Origin: an uncultured Alphaproteobacteria bacterium | GTDB taxonomy: Bacteria > Pseudomonadota > Alphaproteobacteria > HIMB59 > GCA-002718135 | Length of the DNA: 64,000 nt | Assembly: GCA_902625365.1 (NCBI GenBank) | Contig: CACOAX010000002.1 | Coordinates: 468-64,467 of the forward strand | Direction of reading: 5' to 3' | Shown: in pieces, positions 1 to 10,965 of the stretch | How positions within the stretch are numbered: position 1 is the stretch's first letter | Layout of the letters: each line of letters starts with the position of its first letter | Made by a program: the position numbers and the translations under genes | Notes under the pieces: model-generated | What the model saw: the letters and a program-made list of their open reading frames with translations, nothing else | What the model was told of the DNA's origin: nothing | The model's database searches: none

Positions 1-113
1 AAAAGTCTGGTTATTTGTAATAACCATGCTACTGACAAAAAAATAAACAAAATAAGAATAAAATGTTTTGAAATTTGTAAAAATAAATAAGTTTTAATCT
101 TTTCAATATTCAT
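1..113 (-). CDS. 5' end of a membrane protein running off the window, possibly an LptF/LptG (YjgP/YjgQ)-type permease
   Basis: Manual reverse translation from ATG at 113-111 gives MNIEKIKTYLFLQISKHFILILFIFLSVAWLLQITRL with no stop before the window edge. It has a hydrophobic helix and an N-terminal pattern reminiscent of LptF/G. Confidence 0.25.
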   Translation of the reverse strand, partial: MNIEKIKTYLFLQISKHFILILFIFLSVAWLLQITRL

Positions 114-256
114 AATTTTATAGCTATATTTGTTAAATTATTTAATTAATGGTATATTTATTACCATTCTTTTGAATAAATTTATTCCAAAACTTATCAA
201 AATATGGACAAAATCAAATTAGTTAATTAGAAGTCATAACCATTATAGGAGTATTT

Positions 257-676
257 ATGAATAGAACTTTTTCAATTATAAAGCCTGATGCTACCAAAAG
301 AAATATTACTGGTTCAATTAACAAAATTATAGAACAAAACAATCTTGTCATTATTGCTCAGAAAAGGATTAAATTATCAAAAGAAAAAGCAGAGGATTTC
401 TATTCAGTTCACAGAGAAAAGCCATTTTTTCAAGAATTAATTCAATACATGACCTCTGGACCAGTTATAATTCAAGTTTTGGAAGGTGATAACGCAGTAG
501 AAAATTATAGAAAAATTATGGGCTCAACAAACCCTGAAAATGCTGATGATGGAACTATCAGAAAATTATATGGACTGAATATTCAGGAAAATTCCGTACA
601 TGGTTCAGACTCGAATGAAAATGCTAAAATTGAAATAAGTTATTTTTTTGATGAAAGTGAGATAATTAATAATTAA
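257..676 (+). CDS. ndk: Nucleoside diphosphate kinase
   Basis: 139 aa. N-terminus is [10 protein letters not shown]. It contains the NSVHGSDS active-site histidine motif, and the length is typical. Confidence 0.95.
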   Translation: MNRTFSIIKPDATKRNITGSINKIIEQNNLVIIAQKRIKLSKEKAEDFYSVHREKPFFQELIQYMTSGPVIIQVLEGDNAVENYRKIMGSTNPENADDGTIRKLYGLNIQENSVHGSDSNENAKIEISYFFDESEIINN

Positions 677-797
677 ATAATGTAAAAATAATTAATAAAA
701 TAATTGCTACAAAAATTATTGTATAAAGTGTTAATTTATTAAAAGTTTTCCATGTTTGCGCCTTATCTTTAGCTATATTATTTTTATTGTAATCCAT
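666..797 (-). CDS. Small single-helix membrane protein (43 aa), possibly aa3-type cytochrome c oxidase subunit IV-like
   Basis: Not in the ORF track; translated manually as [44 protein letters not shown] polar head is followed by TF..F/K and one TM helix ending in N, like alphaproteobacterial CoxIV peptides. It overlaps the ndk 3' end convergently by 11 nt. Confidence 0.35.
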   Translation of the reverse strand: MDYNKNNIAKDKAQTWKTFNKLTLYTIIFVAIILLIIFTLFNY

Positions 798-839
798 TTT
801 ATATATAATAATTCATATTAAACATAATGCAATGATTTA

Positions 840-1865
840 ATGAAAAAAATAATTTTAATAATCATATTATTAATTATTCAAAAAAATGTTTATTCAGAAA
901 ACTTATTTGATACCTCTTTTTTTAATATCGAATTTACTTCAAGTAATATTGAAAATGATAAGATTGAAGTAATAAAAAAGATTAAATACGAAAGTGGTAT
1001 ATCTATTTTTAAAAAAATTTTAAATGAAGAGGATTTCATCAAAATAAGTAACAATATAACAGAAGAAATAATTAATACATTTATTAAAAATATTGTTATT
1101 AATGATGAGAAAATTATAAATGATAAGTACATCTCAAACATAAAAATAAATTTTCATAAAAATAAAATTGTAGAATTTTTAAGATTTAATAAATTACCTT
1201 ATGTTGAATATTATCCAGATAAATTTTTACTTATATTTTATGAACAAGAGGAAATAGGTAACAATTTATTTACAAGAAATAACAATTACTACAAATATTT
1301 TATTAGTAATTTAATGAATAATGATTTTTTTAAAATTCCCAACTTAGATATTAATGATAGATATATATTAAAAGAAGAAGATATTTTAAATAAAAATTAT
1401 TTTAAAATAAATAAATTCTCAAAAAAATATAATTCTAATGAAAATTTAGTCGTTATTTCAAAAATAAATAACAATAAAAAAAGTTATGAATTAATTTTGT
1501 ATTCAGATGGAAATATTTTGCAAAAACAATTCCAATACAATAAAAATGAAATGAAATTATTTTTTGAAATACTGCAAAATGAAACACTAAACTTATGGAA
1601 GAAGTTAAATCAAATACAAAATTACAAAATAAATATTCTTAATTGTAAAATTTATTATTTTAATTTATTAGAATTAAAAGAAATAAGAAAAAATTTAAAT
1701 AATATTTCAGCTATAAAAAATCTTAATATAAAAAATCTAGAATATAAGAATATCGAATATGATATACACTATTATGGTAATATAAAAATATTATCTAAAA
1801 TCTTACAGTTAAATAAGTTAAAAATTAATTATAGTAAAAATTCATGCGTTATTAGGTTAAAATGA
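840..1865 (+). CDS. Hypothetical exported protein (N/K/I-rich)
   Basis: 341 aa with an N-terminal signal-like helix MKKIILIIILLIIQKNVYS. Its stop overlaps the hda start (ATGA). No recognisable catalytic motif. Confidence 0.6.
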   Translation: MKKIILIIILLIIQKNVYSENLFDTSFFNIEFTSSNIENDKIEVIKKIKYESGISIFKKILNEEDFIKISNNITEEIINTFIKNIVINDEKIINDKYISNIKINFHKNKIVEFLRFNKLPYVEYYPDKFLLIFYEQEEIGNNLFTRNNNYYKYFISNLMNNDFFKIPNLDINDRYILKEEDILNKNYFKINKFSKKYNSNENLVVISKINNNKKSYELILYSDGNILQKQFQYNKNEMKLFFEILQNETLNLWKKLNQIQNYKINILNCKIYYFNLLELKEIRKNLNNISAIKNLNIKNLEYKNIEYDIHYYGNIKILSKILQLNKLKINYSKNSCVIRLK

Positions 1866-2491
1866 TTAGACAAAAAAGTTTTAATTATAATTTTATTAAT
1901 GATGAAAATGAACAAAATTTTTTTGTTAATAAAACAAATTTTTATGCTTTTAATGCGTTGATCAATGAAGATTCTAGGTTTTCATTTTTATATGGACCTA
2001 AAAAGTCGGGCAAATCTTATTTAGCACAAATATGGTTAAAAAAAAACAATGCGATAAAATATAATAATAACTTTTATGAGTTAATTCTAAATAAAAATAA
2101 AAACATATTGATAGACAATATATATTTGTTTGATGAAGAAAAAATATTTCATATTGTGAATAATTGCATTTTAAATAACATTAAAATATTGATTACATCA
2201 AATGATAAAATTAATGAAATTATATTTAAATATAATGATTTATCCTCACGCTTGAAAACCTTTTCTATTTTAGAAATAAAACAACCAAATGATGAAATGC
2301 TTTTAACAATTTTAACAAAATTACTAATTGAAAAACAATTTATAATAAACTCTAATGATATTTTTGAATATATATTAAGAAGAGTTGATAGAAGTTATTA
2401 CGGTATTAATGAAATTGTAGACAAATTAGATATATTATCACTCGAAAAAAAAAGGCAATTAACAATACCATTGATAAAAGAAATACTATAG
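1862..2491 (+). CDS. hda: DnaA-related regulatory inactivator (Hda/HdaA family AAA+ protein)
   Basis: 209 aa. Walker A is [10 protein letters not shown], Walker B-like is [11 protein letters not shown] followed by FHIVN, and the length is typical of Hda. Confidence 0.75.
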   Translation: MIRQKSFNYNFINDENEQNFFVNKTNFYAFNALINEDSRFSFLYGPKKSGKSYLAQIWLKKNNAIKYNNNFYELILNKNKNILIDNIYLFDEEKIFHIVNNCILNNIKILITSNDKINEIIFKYNDLSSRLKTFSILEIKQPNDEMLLTILTKLLIEKQFIINSNDIFEYILRRVDRSYYGINEIVDKLDILSLEKKRQLTIPLIKEIL

Positions 2492-2504
2492 ATGGATCAA
2501 AAAT

Positions 2505-4271
2505 ATGAATAAATACAGATCCCACTTATGCTCAGATTTATCAATTTCTAATCTTGGTGAAAAAGTAACCATATCAGGTTGGGCTGATACAATTAGAGAT
2601 CATGGAAACCTATTATTTATTGATTTAAGAGATAATTATGGAATTACACAGTGTGTAATTGATGGAACTCATTCTCTATTTGAAGAAATAAGTAAATTAA
2701 GTAATGAGAGTGTTTTAACAATTATTGGAGAAGTTATTAAAAGATCTGAAGAGACAATAAATAAAAATCTTCAAACAGGAGAGATTGAAATACAAATTGA
2801 AGATTATAAAATTTTATCCAGATCTGAAATTCTTCCCCTACCTGTTAATTCAGATATCGAATATGGAGAAGAAATTAGATTAAAATACAGATTTTTAGAT
2901 TTAAGAAGAAACAAACTACATAAAAACATTATATTAAGAAGTAAGATAATATCAGACATTAGAAAGAAAATGATTGATAGAAACTTTGTAGAATTTCAAA
3001 CTCCCATTCTTACTTCATCATCACCAGAAGGAGCAAGAGATTATTTAGTTCCCTCTAGGATGCACCAAGGAAAATTTTATGCTCTTCCTCAAGCACCTCA
3101 GCAATTTAAACAATTATTAATGATTGCTGGTTTTGATAAATATTTTCAAATTGCACCATGTTTTAGAGATGAAGACAGTAGAGCAGATCGTTCTCCAGGT
3201 GAATTCTATCAACTAGACTTTGAGATGAGTTTTGTAACACAAGAAGATGTGTTCGAGGCTATTGAGCCAGTTTTATTTGAAATATTTGATGAAAATAAGA
3301 AAAATAATGAAATTAAGGTAAGTCCGTATCCATTTAAGAAAATACCTTATATGGAGTCGATGGAAGTTTACGGTTCTGATAAGCCTGATTTACGAAATCC
3401 ACTTGTTATTGATGATTATACAAAAGTATTTAAAGGTTCAAATTTTAAAATATTTAGCAATCAAATAGAAAAAGGATCAGTTGTTAAGGGAATAATTGTT
3501 AAAAATACTGGCGACCAACCTAGAAGTTTCTTTGATAAATTAAACAATTGGGCAAGAGAAGAGGGTGCAGCTGGATTAGGATATATTTCATTTGCAGAAA
3601 ATAGTTTTAAAGGCCCTATTGCAAAGAATTTAAATGAAGAACAGTTATTATTATTGAAACTTGAAGAAAATGACTCAATTTTTTTTATTTGTGATAAATT
3701 AAAAGAAGCTCAGTTATTTTCTGGTAAAGTAAGAGAAAAAATTTGTAATGATTTAAATTTACTTAATAAAAATTCTTTCGAATTTTGTTGGATAGTTGAT
3801 TTTCCAATGTATGAAATTGATGAAAAAACAAATAAAATACAATTTAGTCATAATCCTTTCTCAATGCCTCAAGGTGAGATGGAAGCTTTAGAGAATAAAG
3901 ATCCTCTTGATATAAAAGCATATCAATACGATATTGTATGTAATGGTGTAGAGTTATCTTCTGGTGCAATTAGAAATCATAAACCAGAAATTATGTATAA
4001 AGCCTTTGATATAGCTGGATATTCAAAAAAAGAATTAGAGGATAAATTTTCAGGAATGCTTAATGCTCTAAAGTTTGGAGCACCTCCCCATGGAGGTAGT
4101 GCACCAGGTATAGATAGAATCGTTATGTTACTTGCCGATGAGCCAAACATTAGAGAAGTAATAGCATTTCCAATGAATCAACAAGCTATGGATTTGATGA
4201 TGGATGCCCCTGCTAGTATTGATAAAGAAAGATTAGAAGAATTAGGTATAAGACTAATAGATAAAAATTAA
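2505..4271 (+). CDS. aspS: Aspartate--tRNA ligase
   Basis: 588 aa. Class II motifs are present: [26 protein letters not shown] and [12 protein letters not shown]. It also has an OB-fold N-terminus. Confidence 0.97.
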   Translation: MNKYRSHLCSDLSISNLGEKVTISGWADTIRDHGNLLFIDLRDNYGITQCVIDGTHSLFEEISKLSNESVLTIIGEVIKRSEETINKNLQTGEIEIQIEDYKILSRSEILPLPVNSDIEYGEEIRLKYRFLDLRRNKLHKNIILRSKIISDIRKKMIDRNFVEFQTPILTSSSPEGARDYLVPSRMHQGKFYALPQAPQQFKQLLMIAGFDKYFQIAPCFRDEDSRADRSPGEFYQLDFEMSFVTQEDVFEAIEPVLFEIFDENKKNNEIKVSPYPFKKIPYMESMEVYGSDKPDLRNPLVIDDYTKVFKGSNFKIFSNQIEKGSVVKGIIVKNTGDQPRSFFDKLNNWAREEGAAGLGYISFAENSFKGPIAKNLNEEQLLLLKLEENDSIFFICDKLKEAQLFSGKVREKICNDLNLLNKNSFEFCWIVDFPMYEIDEKTNKIQFSHNPFSMPQGEMEALENKDPLDIKAYQYDIVCNGVELSSGAIRNHKPEIMYKAFDIAGYSKKELEDKFSGMLNALKFGAPPHGGSAPGIDRIVMLLADEPNIREVIAFPMNQQAMDLMMDAPASIDKERLEELGIRLIDKN

Positions 4272-5147
4272 ACCTGTTCCAATAATAGCGATAATTGTTC
4301 CTACCCATGCACCATAAGAAGGTACTTTTTTTGTTAATATCCAAAGAAGAAATAATATCATTATTGGACTAGTTGAGGATAAAGTTGCTACAATACCTGC
4401 ATCAGCTTTTTGTAACGCGATTAAAAGTAAACTCATACCTAAAGCCATTCCTAAAAAGCCACTAAGAATTGATTGGTAAATAATTTTTGTTGTAAGTTTA
4501 ACTTTTGTATTAAAAATTTCATAATTTAAAAAAAATGTAAATGACAAAAAAATACATGAAATAGTAGTTCTAATTGCAGCTGAAGCTATTGGATCTGCTC
4601 CATCTGATAATATAGGTTTCATCATAACCAATCCAATTGCTTGGCATAAAGCGGCTCCAATGGATAAAATAATTCCTATATAAAGTGAACCCTCCACCTT
4701 TTCCCATCTATGCTCAGATCCTTTTTTATCTCCATATGAAATTGCAAAAACAACACCAAAAAAAACAACAAAACATCCAATAATACTAATAGTTGATGCA
4801 AGTTCATTTAGAAAAAAAATATTAATTACTACAGTAAAAGGAGCAGCTAATGAAAATAAAATATTATTTCTTCTTGGTCCAATTTTTTGCAAAGCAATAA
4901 ACAATAAAGTATCGCCTATGAATATGCCTACAATTCCTGAAATTATAATAATAGTTAAGTAATCAACACTAATCGTATTCCAAGTATTTATGTAAAATGT
5001 GTAAGTAATTAACATTATAGATACAAAAAATAATCTAAGACGATTAAAAGCCAAACCTCCAATCGTTCTTGTAACATCTGCTGATACTAAAGATGCAACT
5101 GCCCAACAAAGTGCAGCAGCCATTGCAATAAAGTAATAATAGATCAT
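4254..5147 (-). CDS. DMT superfamily (EamA-type) transporter
   Basis: 297 aa, about 10 hydrophobic segments, two EamA-like halves. Confidence 0.85.
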   Translation of the reverse strand: MIYYYFIAMAAALCWAVASLVSADVTRTIGGLAFNRLRLFFVSIMLITYTFYINTWNTISVDYLTIIIISGIVGIFIGDTLLFIALQKIGPRRNNILFSLAAPFTVVINIFFLNELASTISIIGCFVVFFGVVFAISYGDKKGSEHRWEKVEGSLYIGIILSIGAALCQAIGLVMMKPILSDGADPIASAAIRTTISCIFLSFTFFLNYEIFNTKVKLTTKIIYQSILSGFLGMALGMSLLLIALQKADAGIVATLSSTSPIMILFLLWILTKKVPSYGAWVGTIIAIIGTGLIFIY

Positions 5148-5155
5148 ATTATTTA

Positions 5156-5344
5156 TTAAAATAAACTTAAAATAAATTTAATAGGTATTGATAAATACTC
5201 ACCCAATAGATGTTCTTGTAATGCAAATCTTTTAATTAATCCTGTTGCTCTTAATATGGCGTAAATTACTAAAGCCCATAAATAAATTCCAAAAATAAAA
5301 TTTATGTATGATATTATTTTTTTAAATTTGTTATAATAATTCAT
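5156..5344 (-). CDS. Small membrane protein (62 aa from the internal ATG)
   Basis: I trimmed the ORF to MNYYNKF..., so it abuts the divergent ATG at 5345 rather than overlapping it. It has one or two TM helices and sits 8 nt upstream of the EamA gene. Confidence 0.35.
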   Translation of the reverse strand: MNYYNKFKKIISYINFIFGIYLWALVIYAILRATGLIKRFALQEHLLGEYLSIPIKFILSLF

Positions 5345-5962
5345 ATGAAACCTAAATATTGGAATAAAGGAAAACAATATTTATCAAATAAAGATAAAGT
5401 TTTGAAGAAGTTAATTCAAACTTATAAAAATGAATATTTAGATCAAAATTCTAATTATTTTCATTCATTAATTAATTCAATAATTGGTCAACAAATATCA
5501 GTATCAGCAGCTGATTCGATGAAAACTAAATTTTTTAAACTTAAAAGAAATATTACACCTCAAACTGTATCTAAATTACGTACTACAGATTTACGAAAAT
5601 GTGGTCTATCAAGGCAAAAAATTTTATATATAAGAAATATTTCTAAATTTTTTTTACAAAACAAGAACTTTATAAAAAATATTAATAAATATTCTGAAGA
5701 AGAAATTTATAATAATTTAATTGAAATTAAAGGAGTAGGGAATTGGACTATTCATATGTTTTTAATGTTTAGTTATGGAAGTTCAAATATTTTTCCAACA
5801 GGTGACTTAGGGTTTTTAAAAGCTATTTCAAAACTTTATAAAGTTAAACTTCCTGTAAGTGAAAGAAAACTTAAATTGCTTTACAAAAAATGGAGTCCGT
5901 ACAGTTCACAAGCTACATGGTATTTATGGAGATCATTAGACCCCATTCCAGTTAATTATTGA
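5345..5962 (+). CDS. HhH-GPD DNA glycosylase (DNA-3-methyladenine glycosylase II-like)
   Basis: 205 aa. The helix-hairpin-helix is LIEIKGVGNWTIHMFLMF followed by PTGDLG. Confidence 0.8.
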   Translation: MKPKYWNKGKQYLSNKDKVLKKLIQTYKNEYLDQNSNYFHSLINSIIGQQISVSAADSMKTKFFKLKRNITPQTVSKLRTTDLRKCGLSRQKILYIRNISKFFLQNKNFIKNINKYSEEEIYNNLIEIKGVGNWTIHMFLMFSYGSSNIFPTGDLGFLKAISKLYKVKLPVSERKLKLLYKKWSPYSSQATWYLWRSLDPIPVNY

Positions 5963-7394
5963 TATTTGCTCCTTGCTCTATCCAAACTTTTAATATCTCT
6001 CTTTCATTTTTTGTAATACCAGTTAGGTTATTCGGAGGCATAATTTCAGCATCAATAGCCTGTGCTTTGATTAATTTTATATTATTTACAATATCTTGAG
6101 CCGTGTCATATACAACTCCTTTTGGTGCCGCTTCAATACCTTCAAAAGTTGGATATTTGGCATGACATGTTCCACATCTGTATTTAATTATATTTTGTAC
6201 TTCATTGAAACTCACTAATTCTAAAGAAAGAGATGCATTTGCATCTTTTTTTTCAAATATTGAAAGACTGCTTAAAGTCATTAAAAAAAACATGATTAAA
6301 CCTGCTGAAGGTAAAATCCAAAATTTATATTGTTTTTTATTTCTTAAATTAAAGTAATGTCGAGTTAAAATGCCAGCTATCGATATAACAGCTAAAATTA
6401 ACCAATTATTTACTGCTCCATATGTAAAAGAAAAATGTGAGCTTATCATGATAAATAAAACTGGTAGTGTAAAATAATTATTATGTATTGATCTGTTTTT
6501 TGCTTCTAATGAAAGATTTAAATTTGGCTTTTGATTGTTTTCAGCTGATGAAACAAGATTTCTTTGTGCAGGAATAATGACTCTAAAAACATTAGCTGCC
6601 ATAATGGTACCAATAATCGCTCCAACATGTATGTATGCAGCTCTTGATCCATAAATTTGAGTCAAAAAATAACTTAATAATACAAATAATAAAAAACCAG
6701 TTGCAATCAAAGTTTGTTCATTATCTTTTAAAACATTTTTACAAAGATAATCATATAGAAGCCAAGATCCTATAAGTAAGAATATAGATATTAATATTGC
6801 TTGAAAGGGTGTTAATATAATACCGCTAGCTCCCAACATCATAGAACTTGCATTTAAATAATAAACTAAAATAAGTAATACAAAACCACTTATCCAAGTT
6901 GCATATGCTTCCCATTTAAACCAATGAAGAACTTTTGGAAGTTTTTTAGGAGGTCCTTTTAATTTTTCAATTCTATAAAACCCACCTGAATGAACAGACC
7001 ATAAATAACCGTCAAGGTGTTTAAAATCTGGATCATCTCTTTCAAGTCTACTATCCAGCCAATTAAAGTAAAATGATGTTCCAATCCACGCTACACCAAC
7101 AATTATATGAACCCATCTAACAATTAAATGTAACCACTCAGAATATACTGCAAATAAAGTTTCTGTTGGAACACCTAAATTATAAAAAGCTGCAGTAAAA
7201 GATATCACTATAGTTGTTGCAATTACAATATAGAGTCTTTGTTCTTTAGATTTTAAACCTGAAAATGCCCCAAGGATAATAAATAATAGTAAACCTAATA
7301 ATGCTGATGCTGGAAGTGATAAAAGTAAATTATGAAAAAAAGTTTGGAAGTCATAAGATTGAACTGGTGCAACAATTTTGAGAAATAATTCCAT
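5952..7394 (-). CDS. puuD: Membrane-bound urate hydroxylase, PuuD type (polytopic domain plus C-terminal cytochrome c)
   Basis: 480 aa, multi-TM, with a C-terminal CGTCH haem c motif encoded at 6162-6176 and a distal MPP. It is last in the xdh operon. Confidence 0.8.
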   Translation of the reverse strand: MELFLKIVAPVQSYDFQTFFHNLLLSLPASALLGLLLFIILGAFSGLKSKEQRLYIVIATTIVISFTAAFYNLGVPTETLFAVYSEWLHLIVRWVHIIVGVAWIGTSFYFNWLDSRLERDDPDFKHLDGYLWSVHSGGFYRIEKLKGPPKKLPKVLHWFKWEAYATWISGFVLLILVYYLNASSMMLGASGIILTPFQAILISIFLLIGSWLLYDYLCKNVLKDNEQTLIATGFLLFVLLSYFLTQIYGSRAAYIHVGAIIGTIMAANVFRVIIPAQRNLVSSAENNQKPNLNLSLEAKNRSIHNNYFTLPVLFIMISSHFSFTYGAVNNWLILAVISIAGILTRHYFNLRNKKQYKFWILPSAGLIMFFLMTLSSLSIFEKKDANASLSLELVSFNEVQNIIKYRCGTCHAKYPTFEGIEAAPKGVVYDTAQDIVNNIKLIKAQAIDAEIMPPNNLTGITKNEREILKVWIEQGANINN

Positions 7395-7395
7395 T

Positions 7396-7863
7396 TTAAT
7401 ATCTTATTTTATTTTCCTCTTTTTCCCAAATATTAAATGCTTTTATTGCTTCGTCACGTGATATTTGACTGATAGGTATTTTTCTTTCTTTAATTTCTAA
7501 TGATAGTTCATCATAAATAAACTTGTCATCAAATTTAATTTTTGCAGCATCCTCTCTAGAATTACCATAATATACTTTGTCTATATGTGACCAATATATC
7601 GCACTTAAGCACATAGGACACGGTTCGCAACTGGAATACAATTCACAACCTTCTAAGTTAAAGGTATTTAATTTTTGACATGCATTTCTAATAGCAACAA
7701 TTTCAGCATGAGCAGTAGGATCATTATTATATGTTACTCTATTTACTCCCTCTGCAATAATTTCATTTTCTTTTACAATTACACATCCAAAAGGGCCCCC
7801 ATTATGTTTGATATTATTAATTGACAGTAAAATAGCTCTTTTCATAAAATCTATATTTGTCAT
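7396..7863 (-). CDS. guaD: Guanine deaminase (cytidine-deaminase fold, GuaD type)
   Basis: 155 aa with HAEIVAIRNA and SSCEPCPMCLSAIYW...DAAKIKFDDKFIYDEL. This closely resembles my recollection of B. subtilis GuaD, and the gene lies in a purine catabolic context. Confidence 0.85.
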   Translation of the reverse strand: MTNIDFMKRAILLSINNIKHNGGPFGCVIVKENEIIAEGVNRVTYNNDPTAHAEIVAIRNACQKLNTFNLEGCELYSSCEPCPMCLSAIYWSHIDKVYYGNSREDAAKIKFDDKFIYDELSLEIKERKIPISQISRDEAIKAFNIWEKEENKIRY

Positions 7864-8690
7864 ATAACTTCTTTAATTTTATTATTTGATAAATGATTTA
7901 AGCTATTTTTTATTGATATTATTCTTGTAATTATTGAGAAAGCTATTTCATTCGGATCTTTTGAATTACCAATATCAATTCCAATCGGACACTCAATTTT
8001 CTCAACTATTGATTGATTGTGACCATTATCAATTAATCTTTTATAAAACCTTTTTTTCTTTGTAAGAGATCCAATTAAACCAACAAAAGTATTATTTTTT
8101 TTCAAAATTTCATTTAATATTTTTAAATCATAATCATGACTGTGAGTTAAGACTATAAAATAAGAATTATCTTCTAGTTTTGATACAATGTCCCAAGGTT
8201 TTTTCGAAAGCAAATAATTTATATCTTTGATATTTGTCATTTTTAAATAATCTTCTCTTGAATCAATCATAAAAGTATTAAAATTGATATTTTCTAATTT
8301 AGAAATTAACGCTTGACCAATATGCCCTGATCCAAAAATATATAAGTTAGGTTTAATATTATTAACAACATATTCATTTTTTAGCGCATCTTTGGAATTA
8401 TTATGTAAGCTTAATTTAACTTGTACGTATCCACCACAACATTGTCCAATTCCTGGCCCAAGCGGAATATTCATTACTTTATTTGCTATATTATTATCAA
8501 TTAATTTTCTCGCTTCATTGATAACTAAATATTCTAAGTTTCCGCCACCGATAGTTCCAAAAATAGTATCAGTTGAGATTAATATAATGTCATCTAAACT
8601 ATTAGGCGATGATCCTTTAACTTCAATAATTTTAGCCTTAACTATTTTACTATTAAAATTTATATTTTTACTTAATTTTTTAAGATACAT
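7860..8690 (-). CDS. xdhC: Xanthine dehydrogenase accessory/maturation protein XdhC
   Basis: 276 aa. It has an XdhC/CoxI-like N-terminus and a Rossmann-like IFGSGHIGQAL, and it lies directly after xdhB. Confidence 0.8.
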   Translation of the reverse strand: MYLKKLSKNINFNSKIVKAKIIEVKGSSPNSLDDIILISTDTIFGTIGGGNLEYLVINEARKLIDNNIANKVMNIPLGPGIGQCCGGYVQVKLSLHNNSKDALKNEYVVNNIKPNLYIFGSGHIGQALISKLENINFNTFMIDSREDYLKMTNIKDINYLLSKKPWDIVSKLEDNSYFIVLTHSHDYDLKILNEILKKNNTFVGLIGSLTKKKRFYKRLIDNGHNQSIVEKIECPIGIDIGNSKDPNEIAFSIITRIISIKNSLNHLSNNKIKEVI

Positions 8691-8691
8691 T

Positions 8692-10965
8692 TTAATGCAA
8701 ACTTTTTAATATATTTTCAGCAGTAGCAGGTGCAATTAAATTTTCAGAATTTTTTCCTTTATTGGCATTATATACTGCATCCTTTAATGCAATAAAACTT
8801 GAAATTGCTAGCATAAATGGTGGCTCTCCAACAGCTTTAGAGCGATTAATAACCTCTTCTTTATTAAAACCACGATCATATATTTCGACATTAAATTTAA
8901 ATGGTGTCTCACCTGCAGTTGGTATTTTATAAGTAGAAGGACTATGAGTTGTTAGAATTCCATTTGATTTCCAAGATACCTCTTCAGTTGTAAGCCAACC
9001 TAATCCCTGAATATAACCACCCTCAATTTGCCCTTTATCAATTCTTTTATTAATAGAATTGCCAACATCATGAATTATATCAACTTGAAGAATTTTATTT
9101 TCACCCGTTAATTTATCAATGATTACTTCAGTTACCGCTGCTCCATAAGTAAAATACAAGAATGGTCTTCCTTGAAGTGTTTTTGTATTTACATTAATTT
9201 TGTCAGTTTTATAGAAACCTGAAGATGACAATGGAATTCTATTTAAGTAAGCAGTATTTATCAATTCTTTAAAAGATATTTTTCTTTTATCAAAATAAAC
9301 AAAATTATTTTCATATTTTATTTTGCTATTTGTTTTAAAATAATCATAGATAAATTCATTTAGACCTGATTTGATATTATTTATAGCATTAACAATTGCT
9401 GCTCCATTTATATCAGTTGTAGCTGATGCGGCACTCGCTGATGTGTTAGGCACTTTTTCTGTATCCGTTGAAGAGATTTTTATATTTTCGTAATTAAGGC
9501 CAAATTCATTTGAAGCCACTAAAGCAAGTTTCGTCATCAATCCTTGACCCATTTCAATTCCTCCATGATTTAAATGAATGGATCCATCAGTGTAGATATG
9601 AACTAATGCACCACCTTGGTTTAAATGAGTAGTTGTAAATGATATTCCAAACTTTACAGGTGTTATTGCTATTCCTTTTTTTAGAACTTTATTTTTTTTG
9701 TTAAAATTATCAATTTCAACTTTTCTTTTTTTGTAATTAGATTTCTTAATTAGTTTATTAAAAATATCTTCAATCACATTGTCAGTAATTCTCATTCCAT
9801 AATGAGTAGTATTTTTAATTTTATCTTTATAAAAATTAATTTTTCTTATTTCACTTGCTTCCAGTTTTAATTTTTGAGCGATATTTTCAATTATATTTTC
9901 AATACAGAACATTCCTTGAGGTCCACCAAATCCACGAAAAGCAGTATTAGAAACAGTATTTGTTTTACATCTATACGAATTAATTTCTATATTCGGTATG
10001 TAGTATGCATTATCGATATGATAAATAGCTCTATCATTTATAGCTCCTGATAAATCTGGAGATATACCACATCTCGATGCCATCATTATCTTTAGAGCAA
10101 GTATTTCACCATTATTATTAAAACCTACTTCATAATCAAATAAAAAATCATGCCTTTTTCCAGTCATGATCATATCATCATCTCTATCAACTCTTAGTTT
10201 TACTGGTTTAGATAACTTTTTTGCTGCAATGCTTGTAATGGCGGCAAATAAAAAAGATTGTGTTTCTTTTCCACCAAAACCTCCACCAATTCTTCTTACG
10301 ATCACATGGATACTATTGTAATTTTGTTTTAGCACCTTACCAATAATTTGCTGTGTTTCTGATGGATGTTGTGTTGAAGAATAAACTAAAAAATTATTAT
10401 CTTCTTGTGGAATAGTCATTGCAATTTGACCTTCTAAATAAAAATGATCTTGACCCCCTGAATACAATTTACCCTTTAAATTGTTGTTAGATTTTTTAAA
10501 CCCATCTTTTATATTTCCCCTAGTTAGATGCTTCGGTTTTAAAACAAATGATTTTTTCTTTAATGCTTCTTCAATTGAAACTATCGGTTTAGATATTTTT
10601 AAGTCTATTTTTACTTTTAATGCAGCTTTTTTTGCTAAATTATTGGTCTTTGCTATAACTGCAAAAATTGGTTGCCCATAATATTCTATATTTTTTGAAG
10701 TAAATATTTTATCTCCCTTAAATATTGGCCCAACATCATTTATACCCTCAATGTCTTTTTCAGTAATAATGTCTACTACACCTTCTGAAGATAAAACATC
10801 TTTATAATCAATTTTTTTTATTACTCCTTTACTACAATTACTGTATCCAATTACTGCGTGAAGTAAATTTTTAGGCTCTGATATATCATCAGTATAAATT
10901 GCTTTTCCAGTAACATGTTTTACTGCACTTTCATGTTCAATATTTTTTGTAAATATTTTATCCAT
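8692..10965 (-). CDS. xdhB: Xanthine dehydrogenase, molybdopterin-binding subunit
   Basis: 757 aa with GGGFGGKE, AFRGFGGPQG and ELGQG-like GIEMGQGL motifs of the xanthine oxidase family. Confidence 0.93.
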   Translation of the reverse strand: MDKIFTKNIEHESAVKHVTGKAIYTDDISEPKNLLHAVIGYSNCSKGVIKKIDYKDVLSSEGVVDIITEKDIEGINDVGPIFKGDKIFTSKNIEYYGQPIFAVIAKTNNLAKKAALKVKIDLKISKPIVSIEEALKKKSFVLKPKHLTRGNIKDGFKKSNNNLKGKLYSGGQDHFYLEGQIAMTIPQEDNNFLVYSSTQHPSETQQIIGKVLKQNYNSIHVIVRRIGGGFGGKETQSFLFAAITSIAAKKLSKPVKLRVDRDDDMIMTGKRHDFLFDYEVGFNNNGEILALKIMMASRCGISPDLSGAINDRAIYHIDNAYYIPNIEINSYRCKTNTVSNTAFRGFGGPQGMFCIENIIENIAQKLKLEASEIRKINFYKDKIKNTTHYGMRITDNVIEDIFNKLIKKSNYKKRKVEIDNFNKKNKVLKKGIAITPVKFGISFTTTHLNQGGALVHIYTDGSIHLNHGGIEMGQGLMTKLALVASNEFGLNYENIKISSTDTEKVPNTSASAASATTDINGAAIVNAINNIKSGLNEFIYDYFKTNSKIKYENNFVYFDKRKISFKELINTAYLNRIPLSSSGFYKTDKINVNTKTLQGRPFLYFTYGAAVTEVIIDKLTGENKILQVDIIHDVGNSINKRIDKGQIEGGYIQGLGWLTTEEVSWKSNGILTTHSPSTYKIPTAGETPFKFNVEIYDRGFNKEEVINRSKAVGEPPFMLAISSFIALKDAVYNANKGKNSENLIAPATAENILKSLH

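Noticed and set aside
7396-7863. tRNA adenosine deaminase (TadA) as the identity of the 155-aa CDA-fold protein.
   Set aside because: The C-terminal wording (PCPMCLSAIYW...DAAKIKFDDKFIYDEL) matches GuaD-type guanine deaminase, and the gene sits inside the xdh operon.
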